The notes beneath the pieces were generated by a model. It ran no database searches. It was not told the DNA's origin and was given only the letters and a program-made list of their open reading frames with translations. From Synechococcus sp. (GTDB lineage: Bacteria; Cyanobacteriota; Cyanobacteriia; PCC-6307; Cyanobiaceae), in assembly GCA_047285805.1 (NCBI GenBank), contig JBJBCN010000003.1, forward strand, positions 416,001 through 480,000: DNA of 64,000 nucleotides, in the 5' to 3' direction. Position numbers and translations under genes: made by a program. Of the stretch, positions 21,567-35,113 are shown piece by piece. Numbering within the stretch: the stretch's first letter is position 1; every line of letters begins with the position of its first letter.

Positions 21567-24443
21567 ATGCTCAAGCTGCTGCTGGGTGACCCCAATGCCC
21601 GCAAGCTGAAGCGCTACCAGCCGATTGTTTCCGACACCAATCTGCTCGAGGAGGAGGTCGCACCCCTTTCGGACGATGAGCTGCGCGGTCTGACGGCGGA
21701 ATTCCGCCAGAAGCTCAGCAGCCTGCAGGACGACTGCCTGAAGCGTGGTTTCAGCCGCGAGGCCACCCTCGACCGCGAGCGAAAGTTGCTGGATGAGCTG
21801 TTGCCCCAGGCCTTCGCTGTGGTCCGCGAAGCCGGCAAACGCGTGCTCGGCATGCGCCACTTCGACGTGCAGCTGCTCGGCGGGATGATCCTTCACGACG
21901 GCCAGATCGCCGAGATGAAAACCGGCGAGGGCAAGACCCTTGTGTCCACGCTGCCCAGCTATCTCAACGCGCTCACGGGTCGCGGCGTTCACGTGGTCAC
22001 CGTCAATGATTACTTGGCCCGCCGAGACGCTGAGTGGATGGGTCAGGTCCATCGCTTCTTGGGGCTGTCTGTGGGTTTGATCCAGCAGGACATGGATCCC
22101 TCCAGCCGCCGAGTGAACTACGGCTGCGACATCACCTACGCCACGAACTCAGAGCTGGGTTTCGACTACTTGCGCGACAACATGGCGAACGACATCGCCG
22201 AGGTGGTGCAGCGTGACTTCCACTACTGCGTCATCGACGAGGTGGACTCGATCCTGATCGATGAAGCCCGAACTCCGCTGATCATCTCGGGCCAGGTGGA
22301 GCGCCCCCAGGAGAAGTACCAGAAGGCCTCAGAAGTGGCGGCCCAGTTGGTGCGCGCTGCAGAGATGGGTAAGGACGGTATCGACCCTGAAGGGGACTAC
22401 GAGTTTGACGAGAAGCAGCGCAGCTGCACCTTGACTGACGAGGGTTACGCCAAGGCCGAGGAACTGCTCGGTGTAGCGGATCTGTTTGATCCCCAGGACC
22501 CCTGGGCGCACTACATCAACAACGCCCTCAAGGCCAAAGAGATGTTCGTCAAGGACGTCAATTACATCGTCCGCGGCGATGACGCCGTGATCGTCGATGA
22601 GTTCACCGGCCGCGTCATGCCTGGTCGTCGCTGGAGCGATGGACAACACCAGGCGATTGAGGCCAAGGAAGGTCTGCCGATTCAGCCGGAGACCCAGACC
22701 CTCGCGTCGATCACCTACCAGAACTTCTTCCTGCTCTATCCCCGCCTGGCGGGCATGACCGGTACGGCGAAGACCGAGGAGGTGGAGTTCGAGAAGACTT
22801 ACAAGCTCGAGGTCACGATCGTTCCCACTAACCGTATTCGGGCACGGCAGGACTGGACGGACCAGGTTTACAAGAACGAAACCGCCAAATGGCGTGCTGT
22901 GGCTCTGGAGACCGCCGAGGTCCACAAGCAGGGGCGCCCGGTCCTGGTGGGCACCACCAGCGTCGAGAAGTCCGAGCTCCTAAGCACCCTGCTGGCCGAG
23001 CAGCAGATCCCCCACAACCTGCTGAACGCCAAGCCGGAGAACGTCGAGCGTGAGGCCGAAATCGTGGCCCAAGCCGGTCGCACGGGAGCTGTCACAATCG
23101 CCACCAACATGGCGGGCCGCGGCACCGACATCATCCTCGGCGGCAATTCGGACTACATGGCTCGCCTCAAGCTGCGCGAGGTCTTGTTGCCCCGTCTAGT
23201 GCGTCCAGAAGACGGCCATAAGCCGCCAGTTCCCCTGCAACGCGCTCCAGAGGCGGCCCCTGGCTTTGGCGCGGCTGCGGCGGCCGAATCAGCCAAGGCG
23301 CCCTCGGAAGCGAAGGCGATTGGCACCCTCTATCCCTGCACCCTCACAGGCGGCACCGAGCAGGCCCTCTCCGGCGTGGCCCAGGATCTCGTTAAAGCGT
23401 GGGGCGATCGTCAGTTGAGCGTCCTTGAGCTGGAAGACCGCATTGCCCAGGCTGCAGAAAAGGCCCCAACCGATGACGCCCAAATCCTGCAGCTGCGGGA
23501 AGCGATCAAGCGGGTTCGGACCGAATTCGAGGTCGTGACCAAGTCAGAAGATGCTGTTGTCCGTGAAGCCGGTGGTTTGCATGTCATCGGCACCGAACGG
23601 CATGAATCTCGTCGGGTTGACAACCAGCTGCGGGGCCGCGCGGGTCGTCAGGGGGACCCTGGCAGCACCCGCTTCTTCCTGTCCCTGGAAGACAACCTGC
23701 TGCGCATCTTTGGCGGTGATCGCGTCGCTGGTCTGATGAATGCCTTCCGCGTCGAGGAGGACATGCCGATCGAATCCGGCATGCTCACCCGTTCGCTTGA
23801 AGGGGCCCAGAAAAAAGTCGAGACCTACTACTACGACATCCGTAAGCAGGTCTTTGAATACGACGAGGTGATGAATAACCAGCGCAAGGCCGTGTATGCC
23901 GAGCGCCGTCGTGTTTTGGAGGGCAGAGAGCTTAAGGCGCAGGTGGTGGGCTATGGCGAGCGCACCATGCAGGACATCGTTGATGCCTATGTGAACCCCG
24001 ATCTACCCCCGGAGGAGTGGGATTTGGATCGCCTGGTGGCCAAGGTCAAGGAGTTTGTCTATCTCCTGGAGGACCTCAAGCCTGAGCAGCTCAGCGGCCT
24101 TTCGGTTGATGAGCTCAAGGCGTTCCTGCAGGAGCAGCTCCGTAACGCTTACGACATCAAAGAGGGCCAGGTTGAGCAACAGCGGCCTGGCCTGATGCGT
24201 GAGGCTGAGCGCTTCTTCATCCTTCAGCAGATTGATACCCTCTGGCGCGAACATTTGCAGGCAATGGATGCCCTGCGCGAGTCGGTTGGTCTGCGGGCCA
24301 TTGGTCAAAAAGACCCGCTCATTGAGTACAAAAACGAGGGCTATGACATGTTCCTCGAGATGATGACGGGCATGCGCCGCAACGTCATCTACTCGATGTT
24401 CATGTTCCAGCCAGCACCCTCTGGCGCTGAGGCCTCCGCTTAA
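21567..24443 (+). CDS. secA: Preprotein translocase subunit SecA
   Basis: [57 protein letters not shown]. Confidence 0.98.
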   Translation: MLKLLLGDPNARKLKRYQPIVSDTNLLEEEVAPLSDDELRGLTAEFRQKLSSLQDDCLKRGFSREATLDRERKLLDELLPQAFAVVREAGKRVLGMRHFDVQLLGGMILHDGQIAEMKTGEGKTLVSTLPSYLNALTGRGVHVVTVNDYLARRDAEWMGQVHRFLGLSVGLIQQDMDPSSRRVNYGCDITYATNSELGFDYLRDNMANDIAEVVQRDFHYCVIDEVDSILIDEARTPLIISGQVERPQEKYQKASEVAAQLVRAAEMGKDGIDPEGDYEFDEKQRSCTLTDEGYAKAEELLGVADLFDPQDPWAHYINNALKAKEMFVKDVNYIVRGDDAVIVDEFTGRVMPGRRWSDGQHQAIEAKEGLPIQPETQTLASITYQNFFLLYPRLAGMTGTAKTEEVEFEKTYKLEVTIVPTNRIRARQDWTDQVYKNETAKWRAVALETAEVHKQGRPVLVGTTSVEKSELLSTLLAEQQIPHNLLNAKPENVEREAEIVAQAGRTGAVTIATNMAGRGTDIILGGNSDYMARLKLREVLLPRLVRPEDGHKPPVPLQRAPEAAPGFGAAAAAESAKAPSEAKAIGTLYPCTLTGGTEQALSGVAQDLVKAWGDRQLSVLELEDRIAQAAEKAPTDDAQILQLREAIKRVRTEFEVVTKSEDAVVREAGGLHVIGTERHESRRVDNQLRGRAGRQGDPGSTRFFLSLEDNLLRIFGGDRVAGLMNAFRVEEDMPIESGMLTRSLEGAQKKVETYYYDIRKQVFEYDEVMNNQRKAVYAERRRVLEGRELKAQVVGYGERTMQDIVDAYVNPDLPPEEWDLDRLVAKVKEFVYLLEDLKPEQLSGLSVDELKAFLQEQLRNAYDIKEGQVEQQRPGLMREAERFFILQQIDTLWREHLQAMDALRESVGLRAIGQKDPLIEYKNEGYDMFLEMMTGMRRNVIYSMFMFQPAPSGAEASA

Positions 24444-25193
24444 TCAATTTGTGGTTCCTGGGTTATCCCCCAGGAACTCCAGAATTTCGCGGTCCTTGAG
24501 GCTCTGCGCCGCGGCAGCTGTGCAGGGCTCGTCCAGGGGCTGGCCGGCGGCCAGGTTCCGCAGGCAGTCCTGCGCGCGGGTGAGTTCTGTTTCCAGGGTG
24601 TCAATCCGCTCCATCAGGTTGCGGATTACCCGAGCCTCCGCGTCGGGCAAAGCGGAGTGCGCCAGCGGGTTGACGCGAACGCCGCTCTGGTGAACGACGC
24701 GGCCAGGGACGCCCACCACGGTGCTGTCCGGGGCGACATCGCGCAGGACGACCGAGCCAGCGCCAATGCGGGTGTTGGCCCCCACTTTGATGGCACCGAG
24801 CACCTTGGCTCCAGCCCCTACGACGACGTTCTCCGCCAGGGTTGGGTGACGCTTCCCATGGGCTTTGCCCGTGCCTCCGAGTGTGACGCCTTGGTAGAGC
24901 AGGCAGTTGTTGCCCACCACGGCCGTTTCGCCGATCACGACACCCATGCCGTGGTCGATGAACACCCCTTGGCCGATCCGGGCTCCCGGGTGAATCTCGA
25001 TTCCGGTGAGCCAGCGTCCCAGTTGGCTGAGCAGGCGGGCCGGTAGGGGCGCAATGCGCCAGAGGCGGTGACTGAGGCGGTGCAACGTCAGGGCATGCAG
25101 CCCCGGGTAGCAGCACAGCATTTCCAATGTGCCGCGTGCTGCCGGGTCCCTTTCTTTGATGATCGCCAGGTCGGCTCGCAGCGCGTTCAGCAT
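24444..25193 (-). CDS. cysE: Serine O-acetyltransferase
   Basis: [31 protein letters not shown]...KRHP, VGVPGR. Confidence 0.96.
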   Translation of the reverse strand: MLNALRADLAIIKERDPAARGTLEMLCCYPGLHALTLHRLSHRLWRIAPLPARLLSQLGRWLTGIEIHPGARIGQGVFIDHGMGVVIGETAVVGNNCLLYQGVTLGGTGKAHGKRHPTLAENVVVGAGAKVLGAIKVGANTRIGAGSVVLRDVAPDSTVVGVPGRVVHQSGVRVNPLAHSALPDAEARVIRNLMERIDTLETELTRAQDCLRNLAAGQPLDEPCTAAAAQSLKDREILEFLGDNPGTTN

Positions 25194-25277
25194 CGTTCCA
25201 CATTGCTGAGCAAGAGTTTGACCGAGGGGCCCTCGGTCATGCATGATCTCTAGGACGGCGGTTGAGCCGCGGCGTCT

Positions 25278-25349
25278 GCGGATGTAGCTCAGTGGTAGAG
25301 CATCTCCTTGCCAAGGAGAGGGTCGAGAGTTCGAATCTCTTCATCCGCT
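25278..25349 (+). tRNA. tRNA-Gly (GCC)
   Basis: Acceptor stem GCGGATG/CATCCGC, D-arm GCTCAGTGGTAGAGC, anticodon arm TCTCC-TTGCCAA-GGAGA, T-loop GTTCGAAT. CCA not encoded. Confidence 0.97.
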
Positions 25350-25360
25350 TTTGAATCAAC

Positions 25361-25386
25361 AAAAGGCTGTGATGACAGCCCTTTTT
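25361..25386. terminator. Intrinsic terminator after tRNA-Gly, possibly bidirectional
   Basis: AAAA-GGCTGT-GATG-ACAGCC-CTTTTT between convergent units. Confidence 0.65.
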
Positions 25387-25410
25387 GAAGGCTCTGCCTT
25401 GAAGCGGCAC

Positions 25411-26400
25411 TCAGCTCGTGAGCAGTCCAATTTCCTTGCGGAGCTGATCGATCGTCGCTGTGCCGAGATAACTCTGGGCGCAGTGCACTTGGGGCATCCG
25501 CATCAGTTGGGCGCGGTTCTGGCGCAGGCTTTGCTCCACTAAGGGCAGGCTGGGGCGGTCGCAGAGCACATGGCTGGAGGCCCGCAGCAGGGCGAGCAGT
25601 CGGCTGCTGACATCTGGGGTGGCGGTCATAAGCAGTAGTTCGTTCCCGCGCATGCTGTGCAGGATCACTTCTGCGGCCCGCAGGATGCCCGGGCTGATGC
25701 TGACGAGTCCCACGCAGCTTCCGGCGCGTAGGTCCTTCAGCAGGTCGAGCTCGTGGCGGAAGTCATTGAGGTCAACCGGGACGGCCCGCACGCCATGACG
25801 CTTGGCGATCTCTTCAACGGGCTGCAGGAAGTAGCGGCTGGTGACCACGGTGCCGTTGCTGGAGTTCTCGAGCACGGCTTCCAGTTCCTCCATCGGAACC
25901 ACTTCGACGGGGGCATCCAGGTGGGGGGTGAGCTCCTCCGAGATCAGCATGGAGGCGCCGATGTCCTCCCGCGGGGTGCTGACCAGCACCCGTGCGCCGC
26001 AGCGCAGCCTCCAGTCGATCTCACGGGTTAACAGCTCGCGGGCCTGCTGCAGGGTGCAGCCGGCATTAAGGAGGCCATCCACGCTCTGGCGGACCTCCCG
26101 GTCGATGTCAGGCAGGTGCCGTCCGCGGGGACCCGGCGGCGGCTTGATTTCCCGCGGGTTCTGTTGATCCCGCACGTAGATGCCAGAACCGGCCATGGCC
26201 TCAACCACGCCGTCGTTCTCCAGTTGGCGGTAGACCTTGCTGATCGTGTTGCGATGCAGGCCGGTCTGCATCGCCAGCTGGCGCGTACTGGGTAGTCGAT
26301 GGCCGGGCGGGAAGTGCCGCGCCGCAATCGCAAAGCAGATCTGGTTGTACAGCTGGCTCGAAGCCGGGATATCGCTGTCCTGCTGAATGTGGAACCGCAC
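25411..26400 (-). CDS. plmA: GntR family regulator (cyanobacterial PlmA type)
   Basis: PGHRLPSTRQLA...HRNTISKVYRQLE...GSGIYV winged HTH with a long cyanobacterial C-terminal domain. Confidence 0.82.
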   Translation of the reverse strand: MRFHIQQDSDIPASSQLYNQICFAIAARHFPPGHRLPSTRQLAMQTGLHRNTISKVYRQLENDGVVEAMAGSGIYVRDQQNPREIKPPPGPRGRHLPDIDREVRQSVDGLLNAGCTLQQARELLTREIDWRLRCGARVLVSTPREDIGASMLISEELTPHLDAPVEVVPMEELEAVLENSSNGTVVTSRYFLQPVEEIAKRHGVRAVPVDLNDFRHELDLLKDLRAGSCVGLVSISPGILRAAEVILHSMRGNELLLMTATPDVSSRLLALLRASSHVLCDRPSLPLVEQSLRQNRAQLMRMPQVHCAQSYLGTATIDQLRKEIGLLTS

Positions 26401-26506
26401 GCCCTAGTGGCACAAGCTGTTCGAGCCACCTTACGGATCTTTGTCCCCGGCGACAATTGCGTTGTTGGCATAAAACGGTGTGCCGGTTCCCAGCTCCTCC
26501 AACGCG

Positions 26507-27256
26507 ATGACCATCCAGGCCAACTGGGTTCAGCTCTCCGTTCCTTCTGAAGCCGGTGTGACAGCGACCACCATGCCGGCATGGTGGGTGCAGCCAGAGC
26601 GTCCTCGCGGGGCCGTGCTGGTTCTTCCTGAGGTGTTTGGTGTGAACAGCTGGGTGCGCAGCGTGGCGGAACGGTTGGCCCAGGAGGGTTACGCAGCCTT
26701 AGCGCTCAGCACCTTCTCTCGCACGGCTCCCGATTTGGCGGTGGGCTACGACCAAGCCGGCTTGGCCACCGGTCGTGAACACCGGGATCAGGTGACGGCT
26801 CCGCAGCTCCTCGCGGATGTTCAAGCGGCCGTCGATTGGCTCCAGCAGGCCCATCCGTCCCTTGGGCTCTGTTGTGTGGGTTTCTGCTTTGGTGGTCACC
26901 TGGCGATGCTGGCGGCGACGAACCCAGCGATAGAGGCCACGTGCGACTTCTATGGCGCCCGGGTGTCCTGCTTCAAGCCCGGGTCAGCTGACTCGGCGAC
27001 CTTGTCGGTTGTTCCGCAGATCTCAGGTCGGCTCTGGTGTTTCTGCGGCGATCAAGACCCCCTGATGCCTGCTGAAGAAGTGCAAGCCATTGAGCGAGCC
27101 CTCCACGCAGCTGATCCCAGCGAGGCGCGCCATCGCTTGGTTGTGGCTACTGGGGCGGGTCACGGCTATATGTGTGAGGCCAGGTCAGACTTCCACCCTG
27201 AGGCTGCGGCCTCGGGATGGAGTCTGATGCTGGAGCTCTTCGCTGAGGCGCTTTAG
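26507..27256 (+). CDS. Dienelactone hydrolase family protein
   Basis: PEVFGV, GFCFGG nucleophile elbow, GDQDP, HGYMC. Confidence 0.92.
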   Translation: MTIQANWVQLSVPSEAGVTATTMPAWWVQPERPRGAVLVLPEVFGVNSWVRSVAERLAQEGYAALALSTFSRTAPDLAVGYDQAGLATGREHRDQVTAPQLLADVQAAVDWLQQAHPSLGLCCVGFCFGGHLAMLAATNPAIEATCDFYGARVSCFKPGSADSATLSVVPQISGRLWCFCGDQDPLMPAEEVQAIERALHAADPSEARHRLVVATGAGHGYMCEARSDFHPEAAASGWSLMLELFAEAL

Positions 27257-27894
27257 CCCTCGGCCTTCGCGGCGGCTTGGCGAGGGGTCTCGATCGTGCG
27301 CACCGCTTTGCTGGCTGCGGCTTCGGCCTCTTTCTCCTTGGCCAGCGGGGTTTTACGGGGGCTCAGGAACATGATCATGTTCCGACCCTCCCGCTTGGGA
27401 TCCTGCTGAATTTCAGCTTTCTCCTCCAGGTCCTTCGCCATGCGGCGCAGAAGCTGCTCAGCCAAGGCCGTGTGCTGGATCTCGCGGCCGCGGAAGATCA
27501 CGGTGCACTTCACCTTGTCGCCTGCTTTTAGGAAGCGAGAGGCCTGACCGAGCCGCACGTCGTAGTCGTGCTGGTCGATCTTGTAGCGCATCTTGACCTC
27601 TTTGACTTCGGTCTGGTGCGACTTTTTCTTGGCTTCCTTGGCCTTCTTTTCCTGCTCGAACTTGAACTTGCCGTAGTCCATGATCCGGCAGACCGGTGGG
27701 TCAGCCTTTTCACTCACGAGCACCAGGTCAAGCTCGCGTTCCTTGGCGACGTCGAGTGCCTCTTCCCTTGAGATCACTCCCAGCTGACTGCCGTCGGCAT
27801 CGACCACCCGGAGCTGGGGGTAATTGATGCGGTCGTTGATGTTGGGGAGCTCCCGGACAGGAGCACGGCGGTCAAAACGAGGACGGGGTGGCAT
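27253..27894 (-). CDS. infC: Translation initiation factor IF-3
   Basis: [36 protein letters not shown]. Confidence 0.97.
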   Translation of the reverse strand: MPPRPRFDRRAPVRELPNINDRINYPQLRVVDADGSQLGVISREEALDVAKERELDLVLVSEKADPPVCRIMDYGKFKFEQEKKAKEAKKKSHQTEVKEVKMRYKIDQHDYDVRLGQASRFLKAGDKVKCTVIFRGREIQHTALAEQLLRRMAKDLEEKAEIQQDPKREGRNMIMFLSPRKTPLAKEKEAEAAASKAVRTIETPRQAAAKAEG

Positions 27895-27936
27895 TCAGAC
27901 GGGCGAGAGGACGGAAAAACAGTTGCTGTTCACCCC

Positions 27937-28851
27937 TCACCCTAGGACGTGCTTGATCGCCGACAAGGCCCGCTCCAGTGGATCGCCTTCTTGGCCCTGT
28001 GCATCCAGCCAAAGGGGTTGATGCTGGCGGCGAAACCACGTTCGCTGGCGCTTGGCAAATTGCTGGGTGCGTTTGGTGGTTCGTCCGATGGCCTGCTGCT
28101 CGTTCAGCTCACCCCGCAGCAGGGCGGCCGCTTCTGCATAGCCGATGGTGTCAAGCAGTGGACAGTCCGGTCCGTAGCGCTGTTGGAGCGCTTCCGTTTC
28201 AGCCACCAAGCCATCGCTATACAGCGCATGGCTGCGTTGAGAAATGCGTTGTTTGAGGTTGCTGGGGTTGAGCCCCAGCTCCAGGACACGCCAGGGTGGG
28301 GGATTAGCGCCCTGTTGCTGGCTGAGTGGACGGCCCGTCGCATAGAGCACCTCGAGTGCGCGCTGGGTTCGGACTGCGTCGTTCGCCATGATCCGCTCAG
28401 CAGCGCTTGGATCCGCTTGGCGCAGCAGGGCGTAGCACTGGCTCTGGCCCAGGGACTCCAGCTCCGTTCGTAGTTGCGGTTGCGGAGGCACCGCTGGTGG
28501 AGTCATCCCCTTCGTGATGGCCTTGATATAGAGACCGCTGCCGCCCACGAGAAAGGCCACCCCGCGCCGCTGGTGTTCCGCGGCGATCGCCGCGTCGGCT
28601 TCCTGGCGGAACTCCTGCAAATTGATGGGCTGATCGGGAGCCCGCAGGTCCAGCAGCTCATGGCGAACGGCGGCCCGTTGCTCGGTCGTCGGTTTTGCCG
28701 TGCCGATCGTCATGTCTTTGTAAAGCTGCCTGGAATCGACGGACAGCACAGCGAGGTCAAGGGCCTTGGCGATTTCAATGCCAAGTGCGGTTTTGCCGCT
28801 GGCCGTTGGCCCCATCAAGGCGATGACGAGGGGCTGACTGGATGGACTCAT
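27937..28851 (-). CDS. miaA: tRNA dimethylallyltransferase
   Basis: [41 protein letters not shown]. Confidence 0.96.
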   Translation of the reverse strand: MSPSSQPLVIALMGPTASGKTALGIEIAKALDLAVLSVDSRQLYKDMTIGTAKPTTEQRAAVRHELLDLRAPDQPINLQEFRQEADAAIAAEHQRRGVAFLVGGSGLYIKAITKGMTPPAVPPQPQLRTELESLGQSQCYALLRQADPSAAERIMANDAVRTQRALEVLYATGRPLSQQQGANPPPWRVLELGLNPSNLKQRISQRSHALYSDGLVAETEALQQRYGPDCPLLDTIGYAEAAALLRGELNEQQAIGRTTKRTQQFAKRQRTWFRRQHQPLWLDAQGQEGDPLERALSAIKHVLG

Positions 28852-28963
28852 CACCGCACTTTGCCGGGTGACCTGCAAACCAAGGGGTGCCCCCCTTTCC
28901 GAAATTGCCCCGCACTGGCCCCTGCAAGAGCCTCTATTGCATCGGTGGTAAAATGACCTCTAA

Positions 28964-30996
<2,033 letters not shown>

Positions 30997-30997
<1 letters not shown>

Positions 30998-31320
30998 TGT
31001 CGGCCCAGCCGTACGCCATCTTGCGCTGGGGCGCCATATTGGCCTTCGCTTTGTTTGCGCCCATTGGCCTTCCTGCTGGTGGTTCCGAGCGTCGTCAGTC
31101 TGAGGTTCGACGGCGTTGCTCCAGCGAGCCCTTGCTCAGCACTTTTAAAGGATGTCTGCAGGCAGCTCCGGAGCGCCAGGCCCCGGTGCTCGCCCACGTG
31201 CCAGTGGATTCTCCGATTGAGGTTCTGCGCAGCTGGCATAACCAGCGCGGTGAGCGCTGGCTTCAGGTGAAAGTGGCCTCTCGGCGTGGCTGGATGGCGG
31301 TCGCTTACGCAGATGCGTGA
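30997..31320 (+). CDS. Small SH3-like domain protein
   Basis: Hydrophobic N-terminus, LPAGG, VLRSW...WLQV...RRGW pattern. Coupled to gyrB by TGATG. Confidence 0.6.
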
Positions 31321-31675
31321 TGTCCTGTTGGTGGCGATTGGCGCCGTGCCAGGAGCTTGGTTGCGTTTTCGCGTGGTCAATCACCTGGAGCCGATGCTGC
31401 CTCGCAAGCACTGGGGCACCTTCACGGTCAATGTCATCGCTTGTTTTGTCCTCGGCTTGCTCGCGGCCCTGGCCAATCACTGCGGGCCGGACCAACGGCT
31501 GGGTTTACTGCTAGGCACCGGTTTCTTGGGGAGCTTCAGCACCTTTTCGACGTTCAGTCTTGAATTGCTGCAGGCCTTGCGGTCTGGCCTCTTCCGGGAG
31601 ATGGCGCTGTTGGCTGTTGGCTCTGTCGTGGTGGGAGTGCTCGCGGTATTAGCGGGGATGGCCACCGTTGGCTGA
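31313..31675 (+). CDS. crcB: Fluoride efflux channel Fluc/CrcB, copy 1
   Basis: GAVPGAWLRF, GTFTVN, TGFLGSFSTFSTF. Confidence 0.9.
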   Translation: MRDVLLVAIGAVPGAWLRFRVVNHLEPMLPRKHWGTFTVNVIACFVLGLLAALANHCGPDQRLGLLLGTGFLGSFSTFSTFSLELLQALRSGLFREMALLAVGSVVVGVLAVLAGMATVG

Positions 31676-32063
31676 TCGGAGACTGCGCTTTGCCCTGCAG
31701 GAGTTGGGCTTGGTCGCCTGTGGGGCGGTTCCTGGCGCCTGGTTGCGTTGGCAGAGCGGTGTACATCTCGGACCTCTGCTGGGTGGTGCGGCTATCTCCA
31801 ATCTGTTGGTGAACTTGATCGGGTCGCTGATCCTCGGGTTCTTGGCTGGCCCGATTGCGCGTCGGCCAAGCCTCCTCTTGCTCTTGGGGATTGGTTTCTG
31901 CGGTTGTCTCACCACTTTCAGCAGCTGGATGCTGGATGTGTTCAAGTTGCTCAACGCTGGCCAGCCCGTGTTGGGCCTGCTTTTGATTGTTGTGAGCTTG
32001 CTGCTGGGAGTGGTGAGCGCGGCGGCTGGCTTTCACCTCAGCCGCCGCGTCTTTGACACCTAG
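31668..32063 (+). CDS. crcB: Fluoride efflux channel Fluc/CrcB, copy 2
   Basis: GAVPGAWLRW, LLVNLIGS, GFCGCLTTFSSW. Confidence 0.88.
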   Translation: MADRRLRFALQELGLVACGAVPGAWLRWQSGVHLGPLLGGAAISNLLVNLIGSLILGFLAGPIARRPSLLLLLGIGFCGCLTTFSSWMLDVFKLLNAGQPVLGLLLIVVSLLLGVVSAAAGFHLSRRVFDT

Positions 32064-32527
32064 GCGAGGGCTGCCTCGATGGCGCCCTTGAGCTCAGCGG
32101 AGTCGGGCTCCACATCGCTCTTGAAGCGCTTGAGAACGGTGCCGTCTTTGCCGATGAGGAACTTCTCGAAATTCCAGGCCACAGCACCAGCCGGCTCGGC
32201 CTGGGTCAGGGTGCTAAAGGGGGCATCACCGATGGCGACCTTGGCGTAGACGGGGAAGGTCACGCCGTAGTTGGTTGAGCAGAATTGCTTGATCTCTTCG
32301 AGGCTTCCGGGTTCCTGGGCGCCGAAGTCATTGCACGGGAAGGCGATCACGCTGAAACCCTTGCTGCCGTAGGCCTCTTGCAGAGCCTGCAGGCCGGCGT
32401 ACTGGCGGGTGAAACCGCAACGGCTGGCCACGTTCACGGCCAGCACCACCTGACCGTTCAGGTCGCCGAGGAGCTGCTGTTGGCCACTGCCGTCGGTTAC
32501 CACAACATCGTTGACGCTGATGGCCAT
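32060..32527 (-). CDS. Glutathione peroxidase family protein
   Basis: VNVASRCGFTRQY, FPCNDFGAQEPG, WNFEKFL. Real start inferred at ATG 32527, since the longer ORF extension is antisense to mgtE. Confidence 0.93.
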   Translation of the reverse strand: MAISVNDVVVTDGSGQQQLLGDLNGQVVLAVNVASRCGFTRQYAGLQALQEAYGSKGFSVIAFPCNDFGAQEPGSLEEIKQFCSTNYGVTFPVYAKVAIGDAPFSTLTQAEPAGAVAWNFEKFLIGKDGTVLKRFKSDVEPDSAELKGAIEAALA

Positions 32528-32599
32528 GGAATTGGTATGGAGGAGGCGGGACCCTAGCGGCCCTTCCCCATAAGATCGGCGTGTCGCAGCTGAGGGGCC

Positions 32600-33985
32600 A
32601 TGAGCGAGGCGTCTGCTGCGGCGACGAATCCTGAGGTGTTTGTCCAGGAGCTGCGCGGGCTGCTGGAGGCAGGTAACTACGACGCGGTGAAGTTGCTGCT
32701 GCGGCCCTTCCAAGAGGTGGACATCGCCGAAGCGATTGGTGGTTTGCCGCGCACGCTGCAGGCCCTGGCCTTTCGCTTGCTTCCCAAGGACGAAGCGATC
32801 GCGGTTTACGAGTACCTTCAGCCCACGGTTCAGCAAACCCTGCTGGAGCGCTTGCGCTCCAGCGAAGTGCTCGAGCTCGTGGAGGAGATGTCTCCTGATG
32901 ACAGGGTCGACCTTTTTGACGAGCTGCCCGCCAAGGTTGTTCGTCGACTGTTGGCGGAACTGAGCCCGGCGGAACGCCGGGTGACGGCACAGTTGCTCGG
33001 CTACGAGCCCGAGACGGCGGGCCGGTTGATGACGACGGAGTTCATCGACCTCAAGGAGTTCCACAGCGTGGCCCAGGCTCTCTCGATCGTCCGGCGCCGC
33101 GCCCGGGACACCGAGACGATCTATGCGCTCTACGTGACGGACGCCTCACGCCATCTGACCGGGATCCTTTCGCTGAGGGACCTGGTGGTGGCTGATCCGG
33201 AGCAGCGAGTGGGAGACGTTATGACGAGGGAGGTTGTCAGCGTTGGCACGGACACCGACCAGGAAGAGGTGGCCCGGGTGATCCAGCGCTACGACTTTTT
33301 GGCGGTCCCCGTTGTGGATCGCGAGGAGCGACTTGTGGGGATCGTCACCGTGGATGACGTGATCGATGTGATCCAGCAGGAGGCCACTCGGGACCTCTAT
33401 GCGGCAGGTGCGGTGCAGGCCGGCGACGAGGACGACTACTTCCAGAGCAATCTCTTCAGCGTCGCCCGGCGCCGTGTGGTCTGGCTGTTGGTCCTCTTGA
33501 TTGCCAACAGCGGCACGGCAGCTGTGATTGCTTCGATGGACGGGGTGCTGCAGCAGGTGGTGGTCCTAGCGGCGTTTATTCCCCTGCTGATTGGCACCGG
33601 GGGCAACGTCGGCGCCCAGAGCTCCACGGTGGTGATTCGCGGTTTGAGCACCCAGCGCATCCAGAGCCTGGGGCCAGCCCTGGCCATCGGCCGGGAAGCG
33701 ATTGCTGGGGCCCTGCTGGGACTGTTGATGGTGCTGGTGGTGGTGCCTTGGACGGCTTATGTAAGCGGAGGCAACTGGTTGGTGGCTTCGGCTGCTGGGA
33801 TCAGTCTCGTGGCGATCACGACCTTGGCGGCGACCGCTGGAGCTGCATTGCCGCTGCTTTTCAACAGCCTGGGCTTGGATCCCGCTCTCATGTCGGCCCC
33901 ATTCATTGCCACGGCAACAGATGTGGCAGGGGTTTTCATCTACCTGCAGACCGCGAACTGGCTGCTGACTCGGGCTTCGGGCTAA
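32600..33985 (+). CDS. mgtE: Magnesium transporter MgtE
   Basis: YEPETAGRLMT, CBS pair, GIVTVDD, GGNVGAQS, DPALMSAPFIAT..D. Confidence 0.96.
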   Translation: MSEASAAATNPEVFVQELRGLLEAGNYDAVKLLLRPFQEVDIAEAIGGLPRTLQALAFRLLPKDEAIAVYEYLQPTVQQTLLERLRSSEVLELVEEMSPDDRVDLFDELPAKVVRRLLAELSPAERRVTAQLLGYEPETAGRLMTTEFIDLKEFHSVAQALSIVRRRARDTETIYALYVTDASRHLTGILSLRDLVVADPEQRVGDVMTREVVSVGTDTDQEEVARVIQRYDFLAVPVVDREERLVGIVTVDDVIDVIQQEATRDLYAAGAVQAGDEDDYFQSNLFSVARRRVVWLLVLLIANSGTAAVIASMDGVLQQVVVLAAFIPLLIGTGGNVGAQSSTVVIRGLSTQRIQSLGPALAIGREAIAGALLGLLMVLVVVPWTAYVSGGNWLVASAAGISLVAITTLAATAGAALPLLFNSLGLDPALMSAPFIATATDVAGVFIYLQTANWLLTRASG

Positions 33986-34008
33986 GGGATTTGGCTTCCT
34001 GAGAGTCG

Positions 34009-34049
34009 CTTTACACTTCTTTAGGGTAAGCTTTACATCAGTTCACGTT
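34009..34049 (+). promoter_or_regulatory. HLR1-like (RpaB-type) direct repeats upstream of the sigma factor
   Basis: TTTACACT-tc-TTTAGGGT and TTTACATC-ag-TTCACGTT, imperfect matches to (G/T)TTACA(T/A)(T/A)-N2 repeats. Confidence 0.4.
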
Positions 34050-34056
34050 TCGAGCC

Positions 34057-35079
34057 GTGGTCGTCGCAATCGCTTCGAGCCGACCCGCTACCGCTAACCG
34101 CGACACCGCGCTGGCCGGCGGTACGGATTTGGTGCGCTCGTACCTGCGGGACATCGGTCGGGTTCCGCTGCTCACCCACGAGCAGGAGATCACGCTGGGC
34201 CGTCAGGTCCAAGAGCTGGTGGCGCTGGAAGTGCTGGAGCAGGAGCTGGCGAGCCGTGAAGGCGTGGAGAAGCCCTCTCCTGCGGTGCTGGCCAAGGAAG
34301 CAGGCCTGACGCAGGTTCAGCTCAAGAAGCGTCAGCGCAGCGGTCAGCGGGCCAAGGAGCGGATGGTGGCGGCCAACTTGCGGTTGGTGGTGAGCGTGGC
34401 CAAGAAGTACACCAAGCGAAACATGGAGCTCTTGGACCTGATCCAGGAGGGAACCATTGGCCTGGTGCGTGGCGTGGAGAAGTTCGACCCGACCCGGGGC
34501 TACAAGTTCAGTACCTATGCGTACTGGTGGATCCGCCAGGGGATCACGCGTGCGATTGCGGAGAAGAGCCGCACGATCCGCTTGCCGATCCACATCACGG
34601 AGACCCTGAACAAGCTCAAGAAGGGCCAGAGGGAACTGAGCCAAGACCTTGGCCGTACCCCGACCGTGACGGAGTTGGCTGAGTTTGTCGACCTGCCGGA
34701 GGAGGAGGTGAAGGACCTGCTTTGCCGGGCCCGTCAGCCTGTGAGCCTGGAGACGAAGGTGGGCGATGGGGATGACACGGAGCTGCTGGACCTGCTGGCG
34801 GCCGATGACACCCAACCGTCTGAGCTGGTGGATGGCGAGTGCCTGCGGATGGATATGCGGGGCCTGCTGGACCAACTGCCGGACCTGCAGGGGCGCGTCC
34901 TGAAGATGCGCTACGCGATCCCCTGCCGCGATGTTCCCGATCCGGACGAGCCGATGAGTCTCACTGGTATCGGTCGGGTGCTCGGTATCAGCCGTGATCG
35001 TGTCCGCAACCTTGAGCGTGACGGCTTGGCGGGTCTGCGCCGTTTGAGCCAAAACGTCCAGGCCTACGTGGCGGTTTAA
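34057..35079 (+). CDS. Group 2 sigma-70 factor
   Basis: DLVRSYLRDIGRVPLL, ANLRLVVSVAKKY, DLIQEG, GYKFSTYAYWWIRQ, region 4 HTH. No region 1.1. Confidence 0.95.
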   Translation: MVVAIASSRPATANRDTALAGGTDLVRSYLRDIGRVPLLTHEQEITLGRQVQELVALEVLEQELASREGVEKPSPAVLAKEAGLTQVQLKKRQRSGQRAKERMVAANLRLVVSVAKKYTKRNMELLDLIQEGTIGLVRGVEKFDPTRGYKFSTYAYWWIRQGITRAIAEKSRTIRLPIHITETLNKLKKGQRELSQDLGRTPTVTELAEFVDLPEEEVKDLLCRARQPVSLETKVGDGDDTELLDLLAADDTQPSELVDGECLRMDMRGLLDQLPDLQGRVLKMRYAIPCRDVPDPDEPMSLTGIGRVLGISRDRVRNLERDGLAGLRRLSQNVQAYVAV

Positions 35080-35113
35080 GGCTTACCCTCGGCCAACGCA
35101 TTCGGGTTCGAGT

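Noticed and set aside
25278..25410. tRNA-Gly as an integration site
   Set aside because: It is followed directly by a terminator and a core gene. No integrase or duplicated tRNA 3' end was seen.
32528..33064. Long N-terminal extension of the glutathione peroxidase ORF (334 aa in the track)
   Set aside because: The extension is antisense to mgtE. The recognisable protein starts at ATG 32527.
34033..35052. 339-aa ORF antisense to the sigma factor
   Set aside because: Shadow ORF caused by GC-rich codon bias, with no recognisable motifs.
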